Shown here piece after piece: positions 44,501-51,775 of a stretch of DNA of 64,000 bases. Position 1 is the stretch's first letter. Every line of letters starts with the position of its first letter. Below the pieces are notes generated by a model, which saw only the letters and a program-made list of their open reading frames with translations, had not been told where the DNA came from and ran no database searches. The position numbers were made by a program, and so were the translations under genes. Location of the stretch: IMG/VR virus record IMGVR_UViG_3300028908_000005, positions 1 through 64,000 of that record, one strand, 5' to 3'. Source of the DNA: a virus.

Positions 44501-44891
44501 AGGCTATCCGCTGCAGAAGATCATGGCCTGCAGCCTTGTACGCAGCGCTCGGCAGGCTCCGTGCCAGTTCATACCGGCTACGATGCAGCATCCGCGCGAT
44601 CACTACAACGTCGACAAGGCCAGAACGCTGCTGCTTACGTGTGCCATGATCAAACTTGGGCGGCTCAGATTCTTTCAGAACGATTACATCTCGGAATCAG
44701 AGCCGGGGCTTATCCGCGATTTCTTGGCCCTCGTTGAAGATAAAATCAGCTCGCAAGCCGCTGCTGAGATTTACCGAATCACGAAGATCGCGAATAAATC
44801 TGACGATTTTGCGCAAGCCGTCAACTTCGCCTGCGTCGCTATCTGGCACGCCACGCGGTCCTGGCCAAACTTGGCGCTCGGCAACAACTAG
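41544..44891 (+). CDS. terL: terminase large subunit (lambda gpA-like), intein-containing
   Basis: GRQVGKT Walker A, RIRG..DE|CQD Walker B split by the intein, STGTP, W..PCFHC, NEVLGEAY, LGVDWG. Confidence 0.88.
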   Translation: MSNLHTATQLPETFTRVFELQRSDGTAIRDEERLSRFVHLIQNKRIHSFVHALPLILNLKGRPYTLKDHAPFEELFRFKQPRRTTYKTGRQVGKTVSQAAAIVARLASMPNKYHPEPHTMLHITPLYEQIRRFSTMFLGPFLQTSPIRQLLVDPRCVESVLHRTFRNGSQILLSFTGIGPEPNRIRGAFADELSEDESVTGDTLLTTPLGQIPIKDARPGDIVKCFTEDNHVRWTTVSKVWYAGRRHCYRITLEDGSYVDSTSESYVATDSGCFRVSQLIEIAAGSRSCATRNRTSEQEQTTEPTAAAASVRDDARRRASDAARCLRGDTELRVQGIPLGKVHDIVRLRLRRTVEATETRNRLLVGEILDCRHTGISVPTAALVPGRPQTRKSRNLADYRRTRIFGLRNVVDMRRRNQMGSEVLAYTKPLYARFSTKRCRTFVELADGTRLSIIDSRADPVQKAVVYPDVCNGVSRTADAETDTFGTSYYAIQGGCYWEERHGNLSVLQTTIPVENVAASDRPRVVPLLRQPRVQVCQEEVHAPTRTVQARRQSQTAASKKRIRATKQSRNLRQKRRMGQKQSGQGSRNLATRRRQETPQATRSYAAVRHLRQTNQIGTRHETYANRLRRLPAGTAAATGQDRLLQAPHAYRQDTGTTRSRSCENASPEKVDWRRIVSIEYVGIRDVYDVETAGPHTVILNGHARPQCQDIDPSHEGVVDETMSHSTWAVKKSTGTPKTLDNLLQIKWEESSQAEWFVPCFHCTTNGHPTYNIPSIEYHLDAMIGPWREDISDKSPATICYKCGKPISPRFGRWVHRYKARRWTHAGYHIPQIIMPIHFADPNKWSTLLLKRRTLPAYLFYNEVLGEAYDTAAKLVTLADLNKAAVLWPNDDHEALQRRRNYSLVVLGVDWGGGGKAGDSYTTLALVGVLPTGELNVIWGKRLLTPHDHIREAKEIIHYCNMFSPDFVAHDYTGGGSLRETILIQSGYPLQKIMACSLVRSARQAPCQFIPATMQHPRDHYNVDKARTLLLTCAMIKLGRLRFFQNDYISESEPGLIRDFLALVEDKISSQAAAEIYRITKIANKSDDFAQAVNFACVAIWHATRSWPNLALGNN
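42135..43664 (+). mobile_element. intein (510 aa) inserted in the terminase Walker B motif
   Basis: Starts SVTGDTLLTTPLGQIPIKD..YRITLEDGSYVDSTSES; ends IVSIEYVGIRDVYDVET..ILNGHARPQ, followed by Cys+1. Confidence 0.85.
42316..43572 (+). CDS. LAGLIDADG homing endonuclease with C-terminal Zn-finger motifs, in an alternative frame inside the intein
   Basis: VYGTMLGDGHL and MWWICDDG motifs; CLFC..CCDNPAC and CVIC..CGGC; AGAGGA RBS 8 nt before the ATG at 42316 (ORF opens at 42307). Confidence 0.85.
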   Translation: MSTAHQNRTWPQIPDAFEYRNSSKLPPEAAAAQREIVLANKNKPLNQQQLQLVYGTMLGDGHLTPRGAYVATQSYAFREYHWAKYTILSDYVYGVPSKQQKRGTDFWSVKFWTAATPELASLRQLWYPDGHKRVNREILQTIDELGFLDCVMWWICDDGTRWGPKYSPTLSLCTHAFPQSDVELLSNWLMEHGYRSSIREQTQYRKPLYTLMFATESAVRLMRKLTPLVHPTMLYKVAVTGRNDTEICLFCKQPFQLKTLRRRTDLAWFPCCDNPACKSAKKKFMRQRELSKPGAKAKRQQAKREYVQRNKAAIYAKNAEWARNNPDKVREIWRRADAKKRRKQQEAMPPCVICGKQIKLERGMKHTRTACGGCQPELLRRRAKIAYYKRRMRTAKTQEQREAAAAKMQALKKSIGVE

Positions 44892-47578
44892 CCGTAGACG
44901 CGTAATGTGCTGCTATCGTTCCACCAGCGAAACGATATGAACCAGCCCGGATTCTCCGCGTCGCCGACGCCTACCAGCTTGCTCGCTGCTGCCAGCCGTT
45001 TGGTAACGTCGTCCGGATCCGGGATCGGCACCCGCCACTTGTCGGCAATCAACAGTAGCGTCGCCTGCGGTATGAACACAGTACGCCGAGACGGTTTGTC
45101 TATTTGCAGCAATGACAACTCTCGCCGCCGTTTCTCGTACTTCGGATTGTACAAGGCCAATTTGCCGTCGCTGACCGCCTCTCGCAGCGTATCGCGGAAC
45201 AGCGCTGCCCACTCGGTCGTGTCCGAAGTATCCGTCAACAGCCGTAACGCTGCACGTTCCAAAGCGTCCGCATCGCCTGCAGCCATACTGAGCATGTCAT
45301 GCAAAATGAACCTAACAAACCCCTCTCTAGCGTTAAGCAATCGCTGGGGATCTTTGGCGTACCGCTGCAGCCATGCCACCATGACAGCGCCAGCATGCCG
45401 TAGGAACCGCTCTGCGCCTACGTGACGCGTTTCGTCGCGAATTACGGTCCAGGAGCCCTGTAGGGCCAACCAAGGCGCCCAGGGCCGCGGAAACGCCATA
45501 ACAGCGGCCTTTTCACTCCCGTCTTGGACCCATGTAAGCCGTTTTGCCGTTGGGTAACCGCGGCGGACCTCGACGATTGCCGGCCAACGGCGTCCGCGGA
45601 GCCTGGCCTGCAGCTCACGGGCAAATTCTGCTTCGCTGTAGCTTGCTTGCAGTTTGATCGTATCGCAGCCGCAAGCCGCCGCCGTCAGGCTGCCGATCGT
45701 TTCGGCGCCGGTGCCGGTCAGCGCAACGCCGCGAGGCTTGATGACCCCCAATACCGAAACGACGTTAGCCGCAACGGCTGCCAACGTCGCCCAAAATACG
45801 GGTAGGGCAGGATGAGTGTCTGTCAGCTCATCCCACGGTACGCCTTGCTCGTCCGGGTTAGGAAACGGATCCGACGCGTTTAGCAAAGATTCCGTATCCG
45901 CGCTTACGTCCTTTGCGACAATGCGACCGCCGAGCTCGACTACAAATCGCGGGAAACGGAAGCCTGCAGCATCACCATCCCACCCTATCCGGTTGTCTAT
46001 GTTGCCGGCGCGCGGCGGATGCAGCTGCATGGCGATGTCGATAGCATGCTTCGACAACGTCGGCAAATACCGCATCACACCAAGGCCGGCATCGAGTATC
46101 TTGTCCCGCATCCATCGAAACGTGTTCTGCTCGATCGTTTCGACAAGCTCGCAAAACTCCAGTGTGCTACCGGCATATTCGATATGCCCCGCATAGTACG
46201 TGTCTTGCGTATCTTTACTGTGGATGACGTTCGTTATCCGGAGTTTCGCATCGCATACGCAAGTCATATCTTTCTGCAGGAACCAGCCTGCTGCCGTCTC
46301 GATTACGACACGGTTACCGACAGCCGCGCGCCCGTAGCTCGCCGCTGGTTTGGCAGCTCTTATCGCACGGGAGATCGGGCGTGTCAGCATGTTATGCAAC
46401 GAAATTTCAGCGCTTGGCGGCAGGTCCAGATCCTGTGCGTAAATCTGTATTTGGTCGAGTTTTGCCTCACGCAATTCCCGGTGCAACACGATACGCCATT
46501 CTTTTGCCGTTTTTGAGATGGCTTCGAGAAACGCTACTGGTCGCACCTGTAAATGTCCGCTGCCGCAGTGTACGCGGGCGTCGAGCCTGGCCGCCAAGTT
46601 GAATACTGCCGGTGACGGCTCGCAGCACCAGATTACGTAGTCCTTTCGCGGCAGATTGTCTAATGCGACCCGTGGGAAGCATAGCGGTTGTTTCTTTGTC
46701 CTGAGCCGGCCCAAGTAAGTCGCCAGCAGCGGCAGCGTTGTCGCCGTATCGCGGCTGTGTCGCAGGTGTAACAGCAACGCTGCAGCCGGGTCAGTCGCAA
46801 TCACTGTTGTGTTGCAGTGCAGCGGATGCGGGCGATATTCTGCGTCCCACGTCAAGAAACCGACGTCGGCAGTGTCGCCGCTGACACCGCTTAACGGTAG
46901 GTACGTCGCGAACTCCGGGGCATCCAAGCGGTCTGCTACGAAGAACCCGCAAACATGCTTCGGAGCGTCGAAAACAGGCGATATGATCAGCTCGCTTTTG
47001 GTCATTCCGGTCAGCATCTTAACGACGCCGAAGACCTTCGAATCGCCGTCGCGAAGCTGCTCGACAATCTGGTTTCCGAACATTGTGCCCAATAGCCAAC
47101 CTACACGGCTTCGCCAAACCTCGCTCGGCAACATGTATGCGGCCGCGCCGGAGGCAAACAATGTCCGAAGATTCCGCGTGTGCTGCAGATTAGCTACGGC
47201 ATCGCTGAAGATGTCGAGGGCTTTCGCGTTCTTCCCGACAGCCGCCAGATATTCGCCAAAAGTGTTATGCTCGATAGCCAAATCACGGACAGTCTCGATC
47301 TCTGAACGCCAGTGTAAAATGGCTTTTTCTTGGTCTACATCCAGATATTTGGCCAATAGTGATGTAAAATCACCATAAGAGCCGCAGCGAGAACAATGAT
47401 GCCACGGTACGCCAACTATGGTATCCTGGTAAAGCGTAAGCGTTGTATTACCGCATAAGGGGCATCTGACACGCATCGGCAGTGCTGTGCCTGTCGCAGA
47501 CGTGTCGATTAGCTTAAGTAAGTCATACCACCGCAAATATGAGCCTAATTGCATGAGGGTTTCCCGATGACGCAGCAA
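44888..47578 (-). CDS. large protein with N-terminal primase-type zinc finger, function unknown
   Basis: CPLC..CSRC..GD; 896 aa; no intact TOPRIM or P-loop recognised. Confidence 0.7.
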   Translation of the reverse strand: MLRHRETLMQLGSYLRWYDLLKLIDTSATGTALPMRVRCPLCGNTTLTLYQDTIVGVPWHHCSRCGSYGDFTSLLAKYLDVDQEKAILHWRSEIETVRDLAIEHNTFGEYLAAVGKNAKALDIFSDAVANLQHTRNLRTLFASGAAAYMLPSEVWRSRVGWLLGTMFGNQIVEQLRDGDSKVFGVVKMLTGMTKSELIISPVFDAPKHVCGFFVADRLDAPEFATYLPLSGVSGDTADVGFLTWDAEYRPHPLHCNTTVIATDPAAALLLHLRHSRDTATTLPLLATYLGRLRTKKQPLCFPRVALDNLPRKDYVIWCCEPSPAVFNLAARLDARVHCGSGHLQVRPVAFLEAISKTAKEWRIVLHRELREAKLDQIQIYAQDLDLPPSAEISLHNMLTRPISRAIRAAKPAASYGRAAVGNRVVIETAAGWFLQKDMTCVCDAKLRITNVIHSKDTQDTYYAGHIEYAGSTLEFCELVETIEQNTFRWMRDKILDAGLGVMRYLPTLSKHAIDIAMQLHPPRAGNIDNRIGWDGDAAGFRFPRFVVELGGRIVAKDVSADTESLLNASDPFPNPDEQGVPWDELTDTHPALPVFWATLAAVAANVVSVLGVIKPRGVALTGTGAETIGSLTAAACGCDTIKLQASYSEAEFARELQARLRGRRWPAIVEVRRGYPTAKRLTWVQDGSEKAAVMAFPRPWAPWLALQGSWTVIRDETRHVGAERFLRHAGAVMVAWLQRYAKDPQRLLNAREGFVRFILHDMLSMAAGDADALERAALRLLTDTSDTTEWAALFRDTLREAVSDGKLALYNPKYEKRRRELSLLQIDKPSRRTVFIPQATLLLIADKWRVPIPDPDDVTKRLAAASKLVGVGDAENPGWFISFRWWNDSSTLRVYG

Positions 47579-48736
47579 AATTCACCTGTTGCCGTACTCC
47601 CTCCGGATGGGAGCAGCCAGCATCTTTACAAATTGGCGCAAGCTTACGGCTTACCGCAATTCGTAAAAGATGCGTCTTTGACAGACGTTCAAGCCGTTGA
47701 CAATCTAGGGTCGCATATGTTCGCAGACCCGCTGCGGCGACGATTTCCATGCCACTCGGCGGCTGCGACTTGGATCAGCGCTGCCGCTTTTGCCGAAAGC
47801 CAAGATAGTGGCGATAGCAAAATCGAGCATCGCATCAAGCAAGCTGCAGCTTATTTCGGCGTGCTGCCAGACGTCGAAAATGTCATGGCCAAAATCGCTG
47901 CCGACAACGTAGTCGACGAAGATGCGCTGCCAGACGACGTATTTGCTATTGTACGCCAATTCGAAGATGGTACCAAGCAGCGACATTACCCGCTGCGTAA
48001 CACTGCCGAGATCCGCAAGGCCGCAGAGTATGTCGTTAAGCATCGCCGTGACCTGCGGTTCGCCGATCGTCACACAATTGCAAGTAAAGTCCTCGAAAAA
48101 GCAGCCGAGTTCGGCGCCGACATCGCCGAGCATCGCGATATGCTCGAAAAGCTTGCTGCCCGCGGTATTTGCGCCAAGAGCGACGCGATCAAGATGATCG
48201 ACAAACGCGTCCGATCGCTACGCGGTCAACAGCCCAAGATAGCAGAGCAACTGCAGAAGCTGGCTGAAACGATCGACAAGATCGAAGATATCCATTTCGC
48301 GCACGAATCGTTTGTCAAACTGGCCGAAATTATCGACGACTTTGACCACCAACATCGGCTCGTCCAAGCATATGGCGATTACTACGAGCCGCCGGAAGAC
48401 GTGCTGTTTGCAGTAACCGAGAAACTAGCAGCCGAGCAATCGAACGCGTTGATCGGTACAGTTACCGGCAATTACTACCGCAAAGACGACCTACGCAATG
48501 TCTCGCCTGGTGTGCTGCGAGATCACCTCGGCGACGACTTCGCCGAAACTGTCAGTGCCGGCCCTTGGTTGAATATCGAGAAGTTCGCCGAAATCGTGCC
48601 GACGCTGCCGCGAGACGACGCCGAAGTGCTTGATATAGCATTGCAAGACGCCGGCATTACGCCATTCGCCCAATCCACCCCGACGCAGCCGCGAAAGAAA
48701 TCGGCTGCGTCAGGGCTGTGGGCCGCGTTTGCTTAA
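47567..48736 (+). CDS. hypothetical protein, possibly virion/head-associated
   Basis: Alpha-helical with repeated FA..R.[FY]P motifs; likely start MTQQN; function is inference. Confidence 0.7.
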   Translation: MTQQNSPVAVLPPDGSSQHLYKLAQAYGLPQFVKDASLTDVQAVDNLGSHMFADPLRRRFPCHSAAATWISAAAFAESQDSGDSKIEHRIKQAAAYFGVLPDVENVMAKIAADNVVDEDALPDDVFAIVRQFEDGTKQRHYPLRNTAEIRKAAEYVVKHRRDLRFADRHTIASKVLEKAAEFGADIAEHRDMLEKLAARGICAKSDAIKMIDKRVRSLRGQQPKIAEQLQKLAETIDKIEDIHFAHESFVKLAEIIDDFDHQHRLVQAYGDYYEPPEDVLFAVTEKLAAEQSNALIGTVTGNYYRKDDLRNVSPGVLRDHLGDDFAETVSAGPWLNIEKFAEIVPTLPRDDAEVLDIALQDAGITPFAQSTPTQPRKKSAASGLWAAFA

Positions 48737-49074
48737 CGATCTTCGTTACGCCTGAGCGTCGGCGGCTCCGCGTCGTCGGCGCTTTTTTCGTCAGTGTCCT
48801 CCGTGTTGTCGTCGTTTTCTTCGTCGACAGCTTTTTCGCCTTGCAGCTCTTCTGCTTTGCTTTCTAGCCGCATAAGTGTCAGCTCGATAGCTTGCAGTCT
48901 TGCGTTCAGATGCGCGTAATCGCTAGAGATCGCTTCGACGTCAAGTGCATTATTGAGCAGTTTGTACATCCTGTCGTTGATCGCTGATATCACGTCCAGC
49001 GTGTCTGACGTCAGGATGTAGTTGTAGATCAGAATGGCGACAACAACGAGCCAGGCTACGACTGCTGAAGACAT
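48733..49074 (-). CDS. membrane-anchored coiled-coil protein
   Basis: N-terminal TM segment and acidic tail. Confidence 0.6.
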   Translation of the reverse strand: MSSAVVAWLVVVAILIYNYILTSDTLDVISAINDRMYKLLNNALDVEAISSDYAHLNARLQAIELTLMRLESKAEELQGEKAVDEENDDNTEDTDEKSADDAEPPTLRRNEDR

Positions 49075-49745
49075 ATAGGCTCCTTATAGCAAATCCCGCA
49101 CTGTGTGCAGGTTACCTCATGATGTTGGTTGATGCCGTTCTCTGCCGGACATACCGGCTTGCCGGCGACTGTCGTTTGCCGGGTATCTCGCATGACGCGA
49201 AACACGAGATCGACATATGCAGGCACCCTATCGCAGTCTTCCGGTACGAGCATCCATGCCACACGAACATTCTTCCACCGTGGCGGCCTGCCAGATTCGC
49301 GATGCGTTTCGCGGTCGGTCGACCACCAGAGTGACATGTTCGGCAATTCCGCCAGCTCACGTAAGGCTTTACGGAGCCGCGGTAGCCGCCAAGATCGTGT
49401 GTACGCCCAAAACCGCGTTTCGGGGCATGCTTTGATAATGGCAATCCATTTGCGTACATATGCCGCAGAGTAAAAGTCTCCGCTAACGTGAATACGCACT
49501 AAACTGCGGCGACGCAAGCGATTGATAGTTTCAATCATCTCGCGCGCAAATTCGCGACTTTCCGCTCGCGAAAGACGTTTCTCGTTTGCGCTGCTCACAA
49601 TATTGTTGGCAAACCGACGGTGCTTTGCGTAGCAATGCTGGCGACACAGCTCGGTTGCACCGGGGCAGGTAACGTCTGCTGGTATGCTAAAACCGCGGAC
49701 GTTTTTGCCTACCTTGATGTTCGGTTTCGAGAGCAGCAGCGTCAA
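49056..49745 (-). CDS. Gp88-like (radical-SAM-related) phage protein
   Basis: FSIPA..TCPGA..C..CYA, RIHVSGDF, FWAYTRSW. Confidence 0.8.
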   Translation of the reverse strand: MTLLLSKPNIKVGKNVRGFSIPADVTCPGATELCRQHCYAKHRRFANNIVSSANEKRLSRAESREFAREMIETINRLRRRSLVRIHVSGDFYSAAYVRKWIAIIKACPETRFWAYTRSWRLPRLRKALRELAELPNMSLWWSTDRETHRESGRPPRWKNVRVAWMLVPEDCDRVPAYVDLVFRVMRDTRQTTVAGKPVCPAENGINQHHEVTCTQCGICYKEPICLQQS

Positions 49746-50771
49746 CTAACCGATTCTCCGCAGGCGACGACGCACAGCATGCGTTGTCGCAGCATCGTTG
49801 GCGATGTTGACAACCGGTTCGACGGCTTGTGCTAAAGCATTAGCGGCCGCGCGATCTTCTGCGTTCAGCGCTGCGATGTCCGCGTTGCTGAGCATTTGAT
49901 CGAGACGGGAAACTTGTCGCATAATATCTTCGTCCTGCACGAAGCTGAAACCGCGAAGCAGTTCGACGGCTTCGGCAACCTGCCGTAAAGTTCCTTGTTT
50001 AACTACGCGCCGGCGCCGCAAGCTTTCGAGCAGATTCGCCGTTGCTTCGTGCAGCCGCTGCCGAGGCTCGGCAATGATCTGCTCGACAAGCGTATCAGCG
50101 AACCTGGCGACGCGCTCCCGCAAAGCTTCGGCCAGATGCGGGTTTTGCGTCAACGGTCCGGCGTCGATATCGTCCAGTACCAGCCGTAAGCGTTCGGCCC
50201 GGTCGTTGTCGCCGGCAGCCGCCAACGCGCGGTACGCGTCACGGAGCACCGCTCTGTGCTCCGGCCCGAGGTTGTTGCCGTTGATCGGCACGACCATCGT
50301 CGCGAAATCGAATTTGTTCGCGATCGCGTCGGCACTCGGCAACTTCTCGATAAGCTCGTCTGCCACGATAATCGAGATTCGCTGCAACCGTTGCCGAATA
50401 TTGTGCAAAATATCCGGATATGCGGCGACAAACGAATCGCGGTGCGCAAGGAAGTCATGCCGAATCTCTTCAAGCTGCCTGAACACGTCGTCAGCTCGTG
50501 TTGCCGGCAACAGTGACAGCTTGCTATGGCTGATCGCGTGGCGATGCAGCACTTTTCTCGCTAAGTACTCATCGGTGCGAAACGTCTTGCTCCACCGCTC
50601 AGGCATCAGATGCCACTGCGGGTCGGTGCAAAAGTCGTCACGTACCGGCACGGTCTCATTGCCAGCCGATACGTTGACGACAGCATCTCGCATATGCCGA
50701 CGCAGCCGCGGCCAGCGGATCGTCAGATCCACGACCACGACGTTCTGCTTGATCGTATCAAGTGTTGGCAT
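49746..50771 (-). CDS. DUF3150-like helical protein
   Basis: Likely start MPTLD; helical; linked to the AAA module. Confidence 0.55.
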   Translation of the reverse strand: MPTLDTIKQNVVVVDLTIRWPRLRRHMRDAVVNVSAGNETVPVRDDFCTDPQWHLMPERWSKTFRTDEYLARKVLHRHAISHSKLSLLPATRADDVFRQLEEIRHDFLAHRDSFVAAYPDILHNIRQRLQRISIIVADELIEKLPSADAIANKFDFATMVVPINGNNLGPEHRAVLRDAYRALAAAGDNDRAERLRLVLDDIDAGPLTQNPHLAEALRERVARFADTLVEQIIAEPRQRLHEATANLLESLRRRRVVKQGTLRQVAEAVELLRGFSFVQDEDIMRQVSRLDQMLSNADIAALNAEDRAAANALAQAVEPVVNIANDAATTHAVRRRLRRIG

Positions 50772-51066
50772 ACTTCGTGTTTTCTCGCATGTATTCGAGT
50801 TCAGCAGCGATAGCTGCATCCTTCGTCGGATAAGGCCCAAGTACCGGGCCGCCGACGGGCAACATGTCTGCCCACCACATCTCTGGTCGTATCCGTACCT
50901 GACAGTGTTTCTGCAGGTACGCACGAGCTTCCGGGCTCAACGAGTCCCGTGTTTCGACGTGTGAATTTCGCGTAATCGCCGCTACCTCGCCAATCGCGTT
51001 AAGCCACGGCTGCTCGTCTTCCAACAAGTTAACAATGGTCCCGTCAGCTTTGACTACAAATTCCAT
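50758..51066 (-). CDS. conserved hypothetical protein of the AAA/DUF1257/DUF2997 module
   Basis: RNSHVE..WWADMLPVGGPVLGP..AIAAE. Confidence 0.7.
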   Translation of the reverse strand: MEFVVKADGTIVNLLEDEQPWLNAIGEVAAITRNSHVETRDSLSPEARAYLQKHCQVRIRPEMWWADMLPVGGPVLGPYPTKDAAIAAELEYMRENTKYANT

Positions 51067-51070
51067 GATG

Positions 51071-51086
51071 CAGTATCCGGATACTG
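51071..51086. promoter_or_regulatory. palindrome CAGTATCCGGATACTG (copy 4 of 4)
   Basis: Perfect 16-bp palindrome directly upstream of the 51066 start. Confidence 0.55.
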
Positions 51087-51096
51087 GGTTTGTGTG

Positions 51097-51132
51097 AAAA
51101 ACAAACCGCTGCGGATTGTGTATCCGCAGCGG
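51097..51132 (-). terminator. intrinsic terminator
   Basis: CCGCTGCGGAT-N5-ATCCGCAGCGG then TTTGTTTTT on the minus strand. Confidence 0.75.
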
Positions 51133-51152
51133 CCCAGGAGAAGGAGGAACCG

Positions 51153-51350
51153 CTAGTTGCGGTTCTCAGCTTGGATTTTCGCAGATTCGCCGTGAGCATA
51201 AAACTCCGGTTTCAGCTGCCGCTCCCCAAGCTGCTCGCCGAAAATGTTTTCAAACGGCGCCGACAGATCGGTGCACGACGCGCCCTTGGCGCCGTCGACG
51301 CTCACTTCGACGGTGCCGTCACGTTTTGCTGTAATGATGATTTTAGCCAA
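51153..51350 (-). CDS. DUF2997-family small protein
   Basis: TTG start with GAAGGAGG RBS; IIITAKRDGTVEVSVDGAKGASC..LKPEFY. Confidence 0.8.
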   Translation of the reverse strand: MAKIIITAKRDGTVEVSVDGAKGASCTDLSAPFENIFGEQLGERQLKPEFYAHGESAKIQAENRN

Positions 51351-51762
51351 CTGCGTACCCTCCTTCGCCAGCCTGCTCGTCGCCGCCGTCGACACCATAG
51401 CCGCCGACATTAACAGTAATTTTGATGTCGCCGTTATCCAGCGTAGCCACTTCGTAATTGGCCCCAAGCGCTTCGGCCTGCATGGTAGCTGCCTCGACGG
51501 CATACTTTTGCAGCATGTTGTCGAGATCGTGCTGATCGCCCCAGCGGCCCTCGTAGTTGTCGAACGCGACCTCGCCGGTCTGCGTATCGACGACGATGGG
51601 ATACCGCCAATTCGGCAATGAGATGCCGATGCCGGTAGCCGAACCGCTGTAAAATTGATAACGGTCGTTGCCAAGCAGCTTGGCGCCGGCGATCTTGCTC
51701 AAGGCGCGCTTCAGCGCCGTGAGATTCTTGACTGTTGTTTTACGCTTCACAGTATGCGACAT
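51343..51762 (-). CDS. DUF1257/Ycf35-like protein
   Basis: MSHTVK..L..AL, LPNWRYP..FDNYEGRWG, LQKYA. Confidence 0.75.
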   Translation of the reverse strand: MSHTVKRKTTVKNLTALKRALSKIAGAKLLGNDRYQFYSGSATGIGISLPNWRYPIVVDTQTGEVAFDNYEGRWGDQHDLDNMLQKYAVEAATMQAEALGANYEVATLDNGDIKITVNVGGYGVDGGDEQAGEGGYAVG

Positions 51763-51775
51763 TAGCAACTTCCTC

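Noticed and set aside
51351-51674. N-terminal extension of ORF 51153..51674
   Set aside because: It overlaps the DUF1257-like gene. A TTG with a strong RBS at 51350 gives the expected small DUF2997 protein.
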